A DNA stretch of 64,000 nucleotides from Bacillota bacterium (lineage in GTDB: Bacteria > Bacillota > Bacilli > Alicyclobacillales > SLC66). The stretch spans positions 4,325 through 68,324 of the forward strand of contig JAPNUP010000084.1 of the NCBI GenBank assembly GCA_026627345.1. The letters run 5' to 3'. Each line of letters begins with the position of its first letter. The first letter of the stretch is position 1. The notes beneath the pieces are model-generated. The model made no database searches. It was not told the DNA's origin and saw nothing but the letters and a program-made list of their open reading frames with translations. Below are positions 49,699 to 58,900 of the stretch, piece by piece. A program made the translations under genes and the position numbers.

Positions 49699-49870
49699 GG
49701 GCAGATCCTCCTTTCGTTTCATGACCAATTGACAAAGGATAGCTTGCGCCAACTGCGTCGCCCGTATCCCAGGGGCAACCTGTGTAGCAAGCTGGAATTG
49801 GCGTTCGTTCAAGCGGTATGATAGACAAAGCGAGAGGCGTTTATTTTAAACAAATGAAGGAGTGACCGGT

Positions 49871-51037
49871 ATGAACTCGTTCGCATTCTACAATCCCACC
49901 CGAATTTATTATGGGAAAGGGCAAGTGGAAACTCATCTGGCTGAAGAAGTCAGGCATTATGGCAAAAAGGTGCTACTCGTGTATGGTGGTGGGAGTATCA
50001 AGAAATTTGGCCTATACGACAAGGTCATGGCCAGTCTGCGTGATGCAAACGCTGAGGTGTTTGAACTCTCTGGTATCGAACCTAATCCACGCCTGAGTAC
50101 CGTACATAAAGGAGTGGCGATCTGCAAAGAACAGGGTATCGATCTGGTGCTCGCCGTGGGTGGCGGCTCCGTACTCGATGCGTCCAAAGCGATTGCCGCA
50201 GGCGCACTCTATGATGGAGACGTCTGGGATTTCTACGCGACGCGCAAGCGACCGGAAGCGGCGCTCGCGCTCGGTACCATTTTGACACTTTCGGCGACGG
50301 GTTCTGAGATGAACTCCGGTGGTGTCATTACGAACTGGGAAACCAAGCAAAAAATTGGTTCTGGATCCGTTCACACTTTTCCGAAGTTCTCCTTTTGCGA
50401 CCCCGAAAACACATTCACCGTTTCACGGGAGCAGACGACCTATGGTCTTGTAGACATGTTTAGCCACGTACTCGAAAGTTACTTCTCCCACACGCCCAAC
50501 ACCGACTTGCAGGAGCGGCTTTGCGAATCAGTCATGCAGACGATTCTGGCGCACGCTGACGCAGTCCTTGAGAATCCCACCGATTATGATGAGCGCGAAG
50601 CGATCATGTATTGTGGGACAATGGCGCTAAACGGCATGATCTCGATGGGGATGCAAGGAGACTGGGCTACGCACGCCATTGAACACGAGATTAGCGCTTT
50701 TCATGATATTCCCCACGGTGGTGGACTCGCCATCATCTTTCCAAACTGGATGAAACACGTGTTAGACTCCGGGACGGCACGCTTCGCGCAGTTGGCCACT
50801 CGCGTCTTCGGGATTGAGCAAGGGAGTAAAAGCGAGCGTGACTTGGCGCTGGCCGGGATCGACGCGGTACGCGCCTTCTTCGATCGCATCGGTGCCCCAC
50901 GAACACTCGCGCACTACGGTATCGGTCGCGACCACTTCAATGAGATGGCGGCACATGCCACCCGTTATGGAACCGTAGGGCAGTATAAGAAACTGACTGC
51001 CGCTGACGTGATCGCGATTTTGGAAGCTTGCGTGTAG
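49871..51037 (+). CDS. iron-containing alcohol dehydrogenase (butanol dehydrogenase / YugJ-YqhD-like)
   Basis: FAFYNPTRIYYGKG...GGGSVLDASKAIA...His cluster (HAIEHEISAFHDIPHGGGL). GAAGGAG RBS. Confidence 0.9.
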   Translation: MNSFAFYNPTRIYYGKGQVETHLAEEVRHYGKKVLLVYGGGSIKKFGLYDKVMASLRDANAEVFELSGIEPNPRLSTVHKGVAICKEQGIDLVLAVGGGSVLDASKAIAAGALYDGDVWDFYATRKRPEAALALGTILTLSATGSEMNSGGVITNWETKQKIGSGSVHTFPKFSFCDPENTFTVSREQTTYGLVDMFSHVLESYFSHTPNTDLQERLCESVMQTILAHADAVLENPTDYDEREAIMYCGTMALNGMISMGMQGDWATHAIEHEISAFHDIPHGGGLAIIFPNWMKHVLDSGTARFAQLATRVFGIEQGSKSERDLALAGIDAVRAFFDRIGAPRTLAHYGIGRDHFNEMAAHATRYGTVGQYKKLTAADVIAILEACV

Positions 51038-51042
51038 TGACC

Positions 51043-51825
51043 TTACTTTCCTACCGCTCTCCTGGCGCTTCGGGCCGCAATACGCTCGCGGCGCGTCTGT
51101 TGAATCAGCTGGTAGACGGACGGATCGCTCAAATGACGAAACAAGGAATGGCTGGGGCCGGTATTTTGCTCTAGCATCCATATTTTCCCGTGTGCGTCGA
51201 TGCCAACATCGACGCCAATTTCGGTATAAGGCTGGTACATTTCGAGACGCTTGCACGTGGCGAAACCAAGCTCGCGCAGCTGCTTCTCGGTCGTAGCAAT
51301 CTTCCCAGTTGACCACCGGAGGCTGTCTTTGAGTGCCTTTTCTACGGTGACGACGTGGCCGCGACTGCGGGCCACGTTTGTAACAGCCGAGTGCGGACCG
51401 GCGACTTTTGCGCAAAGGCCAGTGCACAGCCACTGGCCTTGCGCGTTTTTTTGCATCATGACGCGGATGTCAAAGGGTCGGTCGTTGATCTTGGCGAGCC
51501 GTATGTCTTGTTGGACAATGTAGGCGGCACGGCCGCGGTGTTTGGCCAAATAACGGAGCAGCGCAGACTGTGAGTCGAGTCTGATTGGCAATTTGTTTTC
51601 TGCATGCACGAAGAAATGGTCACCCAGAGTGTTGACTTTGACGATATTTTTCCCTCGTGCGCCAGCCACTGGTTTGACATAGACGGACTGGTGCTGGTGG
51701 AGAAGCGAAACGAGCTTTTCGTCCGTATAGCGAACCGTGTGGGGAAGGTAGGTGCGAAACGCCGGATCGTTATAGAACCATTTCCAAAGCAACCATTTTC
51801 CAAGTTCAGGACGACGACTGGCCAC
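51043..51825 (-). CDS. YheC/YheD family ATP-grasp protein (endospore coat-associated type)
   Basis: 260 aa. SVYVKPVAGARGKNI...AYIVQQDI...RPFDIRVMMQK...IGVDVGID..G.IW.LE.N pattern typical of YheC/D. Confidence 0.75.
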   Translation of the reverse strand: MASRRPELGKWLLWKWFYNDPAFRTYLPHTVRYTDEKLVSLLHQHQSVYVKPVAGARGKNIVKVNTLGDHFFVHAENKLPIRLDSQSALLRYLAKHRGRAAYIVQQDIRLAKINDRPFDIRVMMQKNAQGQWLCTGLCAKVAGPHSAVTNVARSRGHVVTVEKALKDSLRWSTGKIATTEKQLRELGFATCKRLEMYQPYTEIGVDVGIDAHGKIWMLEQNTGPSHSLFRHLSDPSVYQLIQQTRRERIAARSARRAVGK

Positions 51826-51884
51826 TGATATTCACCTCTTTGAGAAGCCTCAAAGCACTGTATGCAAATAGTTTTGTGCAGCAC

Positions 51885-51913
51885 TAGACATTTGCACTGG
51901 GATGTGCCATAAT
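51885..51913 (+). promoter_or_regulatory. sigma-A-type promoter candidate for csp (extended -10)
   Basis: TAGACA (51885-51890), 17-bp spacer, TGcCATAAT (51905-51913). Implies a 5' UTR of roughly 220 nt. Confidence 0.45.
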
Positions 51914-52137
51914 ACATCTTGTCGACACAGGGACGGTACGCAGGTCTTATCCGACGTAATTGGGATCGAGCGCTCGTTGGACGCATCGGGTTGCACTTCC
52001 TGAATGAAATTGGACATGAAAGCGTATAGTAGTAACAGTACTCTTGGACAGGATCCAAGGCGGGGTTGCTCGTGTAACCTTGTGGACGAATAACATTGAT
52101 GTACCGCGTTGTGCGGTTTTGGGAGGAAAAGTAGAGT

Positions 52138-52338
52138 ATGCAAGAAGGAATCGTGAAGTGGTTTAACGCCGAGAAGGGCTTTGGTTTCATCGAAGTTCCA
52201 GGTGGCGATGATGTATTTGTACATTACAGCGCAATCATGGGTGAAGGTTACAAATCCCTTGATGAAGGTCAGCGCGTGAGCTTCGAAGTTGTTCGAGGCA
52301 ACCGTGGTCTGCAAGCTGCTAACGTAACTAAACTGTAA
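52138..52338 (+). CDS. cspB: cold-shock protein (CspA/CspB family)
   Basis: [20 protein letters not shown]...DVFVHYSAI (RNP1/RNP2). GGGAGGAAAAG RBS. Confidence 0.95.
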   Translation: MQEGIVKWFNAEKGFGFIEVPGGDDVFVHYSAIMGEGYKSLDEGQRVSFEVVRGNRGLQAANVTKL

Positions 52339-52360
52339 GACTGACACGATCAGAAACTAT

Positions 52361-52393
52361 AGCCCGTATCTGCGCAAGCGGATACGGGCTTTG
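52361..52393 (+). terminator. rho-independent terminator of csp
   Basis: AGCCCGUAUC pairs with GAUACGGGCU, with an inner extension to a GCAA tetraloop, followed by TTT. Confidence 0.8.
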
Positions 52394-52457
52394 GCGTTTC
52401 TTCCTAGAGAGTCGTACAATAGGAATGCAGTACATCATTGTGAAAGAGGGAAATCGG

Positions 52458-53156
52458 ATGAGCATGCAACTCTCGCGCAAGACCATTCCTTACACCCCGG
52501 TCAGCAAGCCGCTGTCAGAAATGACGATCATGATTGTATCGACGGCAGGGACACACTTGAAGTCGCAGGAGCCGTATAACACGAGCGGTGATGCAACTTA
52601 TCGGATCATTCCGGGCGATGTACAGACGGCGGATCTCACCGTGACCCACGGCGCTCCTATCCATGACTACAACTGGGAAGAACCACGCAGGGACCCGAAC
52701 ACCATTTTTCCAATCGATCGTTTGCGCGAGATCGCGGCCCAAGGCATCATCGGTGGGGTCGCCGACAAGCACATCTCGATGATGGGCTATGCGCTTCGGT
52801 TAAATGAGATTAACGCAGTGACTGCACCTGAGATCGCAAAAGAGGTCGATCATTCGCGTGCGGATGCGGTGCTTTTGACCGCTGGCTGACCGCTTTGTCA
52901 CCGAACCGTGGTCACGGTTCAGCGCGCGATTGAAATGGTCGGTATTCCGACGGTTCTGATTACGCTGGATCCACATCAGTCGGGCCTCATGAGGCCATCG
53001 CGAGCGATGTATCCAGAAGGATTTGTATTTGGCCACTCTCTTGGCAAGCCGTTCGATAAAGACACGCAGACAGCCGTACTGCGGGCGGCGCTAACGCGTC
53101 TTGTCACACAAGGGGAGCCTGGAGTGATCGAGACGGTGTCATTTGCTTCGTACTAA
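52458..53156 (+). CDS. short GrdB-family (glycine/sarcosine/betaine reductase selenoprotein B-like) protein, probable selenoprotein with in-frame UGA at 52887-52889
   Basis: Track ORFs 52425-52889 and 52908-53156 share one frame and are separated only by one TGA. Read-through gives ...AVLLTAG-U-PLCHRTVVTVQRAIEMVGIPTVLITL.... The downstream piece has no RBS. A SECIS-like hairpin follows the TGA. ATG 52458 lies 7 nt after AAAGAGGG. Confidence 0.65.
52903..52920 (+). promoter_or_regulatory. candidate bacterial SECIS hairpin
   Basis: GAACCGU (52903-52909) pairs with ACGGUUC (52914-52920). The GGUC apical loop (52910-52913) begins 24 nt from the U of the UGA. Confidence 0.55.
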
Positions 53157-53174
53157 AAGGCATCTGTGCCGGCT

Positions 53175-53218
53175 CTGAGAATCCCGAGGGGCCGCTACGT
53201 GTGCCTCGGGATTCTCAG
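53175..53218. terminator. bidirectional terminator hairpin
   Basis: 15-bp stem: CUGAGAAUCCCGAGG (53175-53189) pairs with CCUCGGGAUUCUCAG (53204-53218). Lies between convergent genes. Confidence 0.7.
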
Positions 53219-53240
53219 GTACATTTGGTGGTTATCGTCG

Positions 53241-53579
53241 TTACAATTCAAGGTCCATGTGTGTTGCGCCATCGTCGGTCGGCTCAAGGTCCGGTTGTGT
53301 ACGAAACCAGATGTTCAAGTCATTGATCCGGCTCGCGTAGTCGTTGATCTGTTCCATCAGAGCAACGGTTTGCTCCCACTCCTCTTCGTGATGCATTGCC
53401 TCTTGAAGAGTGGTAATCTCGGCTTCAAACACGGATATCTGGTGAGGAATCTGACCGCGTTCGATTTCCCAGCGTTCGAGAATCAGGCGCCGCTCGTCCA
53501 GACTGTAGTCCGTCCAATCGCGTGTGAGCACAGGCACGCTAATACCTAGGCGCTCATCTGCTTGAAATACGCTTTCCAT
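53241..53579 (-). CDS. hypothetical acidic coiled-coil protein
   Basis: About 112 aa from ATG 53579 (GGGAGG 8 nt upstream). LILERWEIERGQIP...INDLNIWFR pattern. No family recognised. Confidence 0.55.
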   Translation of the reverse strand: MESVFQADERLGISVPVLTRDWTDYSLDERRLILERWEIERGQIPHQISVFEAEITTLQEAMHHEEEWEQTVALMEQINDYASRINDLNIWFRTQPDLEPTDDGATHMDLEL

Positions 53580-53732
53580 CGCTGTTGCCTCCCGGTCTCG
53601 CTGCACAGTGAGTAGCGATCTGGCTGTGAGGCGATCATTCTGTTGCCTAGTATACAGGACTCGCGCAAACTATGTACACCGGCAAAGCGAGATACAGATG
53701 GTCCAAAACCATACATATAAGGCGGTTTTACG

Positions 53733-54674
53733 ATGATTGTTACAAGGCAAGGGTCAGATCTTATGTTTCGAGTCGATGGCGACATTCAGGCGGACACCTC
53801 TTTTGCATTGGTGCAACAGGTGCTTCACCTGACAGAGAAAGACTGTGCAGATGTATTTAGAAAGGGGCTCGTGCGCGCCGGGAGTCGGCAACTAAACGCC
53901 GATGATCCGGTGCGAGCGGGGGATTCTATCCGCGCGCAGGTGGCGCCTGGACCTACACATGCAGGTGTAGCGCACAAAGAACCGCCGCCGTGGGATACGC
54001 CGATTACCATTCTTTACGAGGATGACCATGTGCTCGTGGCAGATAAACCGTCAGGGGTGATCATGTATCCTGGCAGTCCCGATGAGACGCAAACACTGGC
54101 CAATGCTGTCGCCAATCACTTTATGGTCACTGGACAGGATGCTTTTGTCCGCGCGGTGCATCGACTCGACCGTGACACCACGGGGGCTTGCCTGTACGCC
54201 AAGCATCAAGGGGCACTGCGCATCCTGGATGAGGCGCTGGCGCAGCGCATGATTCGCCGTGAATATGCGGCTTTGGTGCAAGGGCAACCGCCTGTGCGCA
54301 AAGGAACGATTGCTAAAGCACTCGGACGGGACAGACATATCGCTGGCAAATTGCGCGTCCATCCAGGCGGTCAGCCAGCGGTCACACACTATGAAGTCGT
54401 TTGGCAAGGGGAACGCTATGCGCTCTTGCGTTGCGAACTGGAAACCGGACGCACACACCAGATTCGCGTACACCTGGCGAGTATCGGCATGCCGCTTTTG
54501 GGCGATCTCCTATACGGTCTATCTTCACCTTTCATTTTACGCCAAGCCTTGCACGCCTACCGTATCACCTTTCCGGAGCCGTATTCGCGAGAGACAGTTG
54601 AAGTCACGTCAGCCTTGCCAGTTGACTTGCTCGAGGTCGGTCAGGCTCTTGGTGTGTCGTGGGATTTACTGTAG
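53733..54674 (+). CDS. RluA/RluD family pseudouridine synthase
   Basis: HRLDRDTTG catalytic motif, GRTHQIRVHL motif, and an S4-like N-terminus. Confidence 0.88.
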   Translation: MIVTRQGSDLMFRVDGDIQADTSFALVQQVLHLTEKDCADVFRKGLVRAGSRQLNADDPVRAGDSIRAQVAPGPTHAGVAHKEPPPWDTPITILYEDDHVLVADKPSGVIMYPGSPDETQTLANAVANHFMVTGQDAFVRAVHRLDRDTTGACLYAKHQGALRILDEALAQRMIRREYAALVQGQPPVRKGTIAKALGRDRHIAGKLRVHPGGQPAVTHYEVVWQGERYALLRCELETGRTHQIRVHLASIGMPLLGDLLYGLSSPFILRQALHAYRITFPEPYSRETVEVTSALPVDLLEVGQALGVSWDLL

Positions 54675-54698
54675 AGCCGGTTGCCATAGTGTCACGTC

Positions 54699-54729
54699 AG
54701 TCACCTGCCAAAGGTGACTTTTTTATTTT
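54699..54729 (+). terminator. rho-independent terminator
   Basis: AGUCACC (54699-54705) pairs with GGUGACU (54713-54719), followed by TTTTTTATTTT. Confidence 0.75.
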
Positions 54730-54874
54730 GATCAGTCTTTGACACTGTGCGCCTAAGGGACGTATTTTGTTCGGATATGCGTATAGGAAAATTTTTGGTG
54801 ACGCATTCTAATGTGTGGGAACCGATTAGGGTCCCGGCCAGAACGTCTGGCCAACATGCTAAGGGAGGGCTCTC

Positions 54875-55081
54875 ATGCAGCCGCTGACAACGAAGGAACT
54901 CAACTACATGTGTGACATGTTGAGTGCCGAGGACTTGCTTATCAAAACTTGTGCCACAGCGACCATGGTGGCTACACAAGGCGACGTCCAGCAGTTTTTG
55001 CATCACGTAGTAGGCGAGCACCAGCGCCGCTACGATGAGATTCTGCGCGTACTTGAACAGCACGAGAGCGTGGCCCACTAA
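54875..55081 (+). CDS. small spore coat-associated protein (CotF/YraD-like partner)
   Basis: 68 aa. AAGGGAGGG RBS. Helical LTTKELNYMCDMLSAEDLLIKT pattern seen in small CotF-like proteins. Sits directly upstream of a CotF-domain gene. Confidence 0.5.
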   Translation: MQPLTTKELNYMCDMLSAEDLLIKTCATATMVATQGDVQQFLHHVVGEHQRRYDEILRVLEQHESVAH

Positions 55082-55111
55082 AACATATCGGGCCAAAAAA
55101 GGGAGATGGGC

Positions 55112-55816
55112 ATGCAAGGTCAACAGATGACAGGTGGCAACCGGATGAACCAAATGAATCAGACGTCATCGGGGACGATGGGAACACTGACTGAGCAAGA
55201 TTTGTTTCACACTATACTCGTGTTGCTCAAACACAATGTACGGGAGTATGCAACAGCCGTCACCGAAGCCAATTGCCCGGTGGTCCGACAAACGATGCAG
55301 CGGATGATGCATGAAACACTGGCGGAACAAGCGGACTGTTACCAAGTCATGGCTCGCCAAGGATGGTACCCACCTGCACCGAGTGCCAACCGTCAAGATG
55401 TGCAAAAGTCGGTCCAACAGCATCGTCAGGGTGCCAATCAGACGGCACAGAGCTTGCAGATGACCGGGATACGTCCTGTGATGGGGCACCAAATGGGCCA
55501 GCCGTCGTGGCAAAACCCACAAGAGTCTCGTAACCAGACTCAGCAGTGGCAAAATTCGCCACAATCCTCGAATCAGTGGCAGTCTACACAGCAACCTTCT
55601 CATCCGCAGTGGCAGAATCAAAGCGCATCGCAGTACGGGCAGTCTCAGTACCAGCCTACTATGCAGTCTGGTCAGTCCGCGCAGTACAGCAACGCAACAT
55701 CGAATGTCAGTCCGACAACGTCGAGTGTTCTTGATTCGGCACTCTCGAGTAGCGTGGCAGATGAAGACGCTTGGCGAAGTTCATCACGCACGTCGCGTGG
55801 TGAAATGACACACTGA
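55112..55816 (+). CDS. spore coat protein F (CotF) family protein with Gln-rich C-terminal tail
   Basis: Coat_F-like core (LTEQDLFHTILVLLKHNVREYATAVTEANCPVVRQTM...). The C-terminal 130 or so aa are Q/S/N/W low complexity. ATG 55112 lies 6 nt after AAGGGAG; ATG 55106 is an alternative. Confidence 0.7.
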   Translation: MQGQQMTGGNRMNQMNQTSSGTMGTLTEQDLFHTILVLLKHNVREYATAVTEANCPVVRQTMQRMMHETLAEQADCYQVMARQGWYPPAPSANRQDVQKSVQQHRQGANQTAQSLQMTGIRPVMGHQMGQPSWQNPQESRNQTQQWQNSPQSSNQWQSTQQPSHPQWQNQSASQYGQSQYQPTMQSGQSAQYSNATSNVSPTTSSVLDSALSSSVADEDAWRSSSRTSRGEMTH

Positions 55817-55852
55817 GTTTTGGTTTTAGTGATGTAAGATGGTTGACAGGTG

Positions 55853-55888
55853 AGCAGAGTCGCTGTATGGGCTCTGCTCTTTAATTTG
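55853..55888 (+). terminator. rho-independent terminator after cotF-like gene
   Basis: GAGCAGAG (55853-55860) pairs with CUCUGCUC (55872-55879), followed by TTTAATTT. Confidence 0.6.
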
Positions 55889-55914
55889 TCAACGCGCCTT
55901 TGTGCCGTTACACT
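55886..55914 (+). promoter_or_regulatory. sigma-A-type promoter candidate for dynA
   Basis: TTGTCA (55886-55891), 17-bp spacer, TACACT (55909-55914). This places the transcription start downstream of the track's GTG 55902. Confidence 0.4.
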
Positions 55915-55949
55915 GTAAGGGTTGTAAACGCAATGGGAGGGGAAAGGCC

Positions 55950-58900
55950 TTGACTGATGGGAGGACGCAGACTGCGCCTGTCGCTTTGTTTGCAAAAGAA
56001 CAAGCCGCTTTGTTACAGCGTCTGGCACACCTCTTTGCCGACGCAGGCGATGCTACGAGAGTGAGAAAACTGGAGACGCTACGTGAGAAATGGGAGCGCA
56101 GTGAAACCGCGATGGTGTTTACTGGGCACTTTTCAGCTGGGAAATCTACATTGATCAATGCACTGCTCAGGCAGGCTGTGTTGCCTGCGAGTCCGCTGCC
56201 TACGAGTGCCAATGCGGTGCGTATCAGCTTCGGTGCGGCGCAAGCCCACGCGCGTATGATGAACGGAGATAGTCTGACACTACCGGATTTGTCTGAAAAC
56301 GCTTTGTCAGAGTTGAAGGAGTGGTGCCGGGCGGGAGACGATGTCGCGAGTGTAGAGATCGCGACGCCGGCTGCCTTGCTGCAAGAAGGACTCGTGCTAT
56401 ACGATACGCCGGGCGTGGACTCTACAGACGAACGTCATGCAGCTCAGACGGATGATGTACTCTTTGCGGCGGATGCCGTGATATTTGTCGCCGACTATCA
56501 TCATGTCATGTCTGATATCAATTTTCACTTTATGAGAAGACTCGTTGACGAAGGCAAACCGATCTGGCTCGTCGTCAGTCAAATGGATAAACATAACGAG
56601 TGGGAAATGCCGCTTGCGACCTTTGAACAGTCCGTACTGGATGCGTTGTCGAGCTGGCAGATCGCCTGCGAACAGGTATCGTTTGTTGCCGCAAAAGAGG
56701 CTTCAGATCCTGGACTTTGCAGCTTGCGCGATAAGCTGCGTGCACAAGCTGTAGCCGATTTGCCAGCGCCTGCGATTACGTCTGCGCTTACGCGGCTATT
56801 GAATGAACACGGACGCTGGCTGAGTGTGCGCGCAGGGGAATCGGATGAACAGATCGAGGCAGCGCGCGCGCTTTTTGCGAAGCGCGAGCAGCAGGCGGCG
56901 ACGCGCGGCGCGCGTGAGGCAGAGCGCTTAACTGCGATAGCTGACTTTGCCGAAGAACTGCGCGCGATCACGACGCAAGCGATTTTGCTACCTTATGAGA
57001 CGACCGAGTTGGCTGTGCTGTACATCGAATCGCTGCATCCACAGTTTCGGGTAGGTTTTTTGTCCTCCGCGAAACGCGTGGCGGCTGTGCGCGAGGAGCG
57101 TCTGAAAACTTTTGCCCAAGCGCTACAAGAACGCACGCATGACCATATCGGGCGGCACTTGCTTCAAGCTCTGTTGCGGACAGCGCGCGCACAAGGCTGG
57201 TCTCTGGACTTTGCGCAAGAGGCGCTGGAGACGGCGTTAGCGCAAGTTGATGAAAGTTTTGTCGCAGCTCAGGTCGCTACCGGAGCGGGACTCGATCGGG
57301 CCTACGGATATGCGTATGCCAAACATGTCGATGAAGCCGTGCGCCAGATCTTTTTGCGGTTTATCAGCGTTGTGGTGGAGGCTCTGCAAAGTGCCGGGTC
57401 CGAGCGTGAATCCGCAGCGGATGAGCTTGCGGTGACGCCTGAACTCGACGCCTTGGCTTCGCGAATACGTTTGCGCGAGTCGCGTCTCGAACATCTGCGC
57501 CTTGAAGCGCAGACTGTTTTCACAAGCGATCTACGGCGAGCCCCGGTGTCTGCGCGCGTAGAGATCAGAGCCATGGCCACAGACGACGAAACGCGGGCGG
57601 GAAATGATCCAAGTCCTAGTCATCGCGTCACCTTGCCTATAGTTGGCAGTTTGGGATCCCCTTTTGCGGCACTCGATCAGGCACTGCCTGATCCCACTCG
57701 CGCCTATTCAGTAGATGCAGTCGCCAGCGAAGCGAGTCTGACATTAAGCACACGGCGTACAGATCTGATCAACCGCCTCCAGATCGCGATCGGCCTTTGT
57801 GACGAGCCTGTGTTGCGGCGTTTTTTGCGCGCGCTGACAGAGCGTTTGACGCGGCTTTTGGAAGAGCAGTACACAGTCGCGCTATTCGGTGCTTTCTCCG
57901 CGGGAAAGTCGACCTTGGTCAATGCACTTTTAGGTGGAGACATTTTGCCGGTATCACCCAATCCGGCGACAGCGGCCATTAGCCGTGTATTGCCGCCTAC
58001 GAAAGACACTCCGCACAAAACGGTTCGGGTGCTGTATAAATCCGCGTCTGATCTTACAGCCGAAGTAGAAGCGGCGTGTACCGCGTTGTCGATCCCGGCC
58101 GTTCAACCGGATGCCTTGTCTACGGCGCTGGCTGCCTTAAAAGACGTGCAAGTAGGCGGGGAGCGCGTAGCGCACCACACTTTTCTCCAAGCGGTCGCGC
58201 GCGGCTGGGATCTGCTCGGGGGGCGCCTAGGTACAGAGGAAACGCTGTTGGCGGACGACTTTGCCGCCGCTGTCGCCACAGAGGAGCGGGCCGCCTTTGC
58301 TGAGCGTATTGATTTGTACTACGCCTCGCCTTTTGCGGAGGCCGGCATCATCCTCGTCGACACCCCTGGTGCAGATTCGATCAATGCCAGACACACAGAC
58401 GTCTCGTTTCGCTATTTGCGCGATGCGGACGCTGTGCTCTTCGTTACCTATTATAATCACGCATTTTCCAAAGCTGATCGCGAATTTCTCGAGCAGGTGG
58501 GACGGGTTAAAGATGCGCTGGCGTACGACTCGTTGCATGTGGTCATCAATGCGATAGACCTCGCGCAAAACGCCGATGAGGTGGCGCAGGTTCAGGCATA
58601 TGTCGTACGCGAACTCGGCCGAGCAGGGGTGCGCGCACCGCGGGTCTATCCGGTCTCGAGCCAACTCGGCGTGCTCGCGCAGCTGCTCGTTGCCACGCCA
58701 AACGAGGAGGCCGTATCGCAGACGATAAGACGTCGCCTGCGGCTGTCTAACGAAGCGACTCTGCCTGCGCCAGACGCGATTTGGCGCATGTCTGGCGTAC
58801 AAGGTCTCGTCGAGGAGGTGCTCGCACATACGCGCGGGCGCTTGCTCTCACAGACCCTATCGGCCGGCGAGGATGAGTTATCGCGGATACGCGAGTATCT

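Noticed and set aside
52908-53156. Independent 82-aa gene downstream of the TGA
   Set aside because: It has a GTG start with no RBS and is in frame with the upstream ORF. It contains the conserved C-terminal half of the GRDB-like fold, so it is treated as part of one Sec- or Cys-containing protein.
55902-55949. GTG 55902 as the dynA start
   Set aside because: It lies inside or upstream of the predicted promoter -10 and has no RBS. TTG 55950 follows a GGGAGGGGAAAGG RBS.
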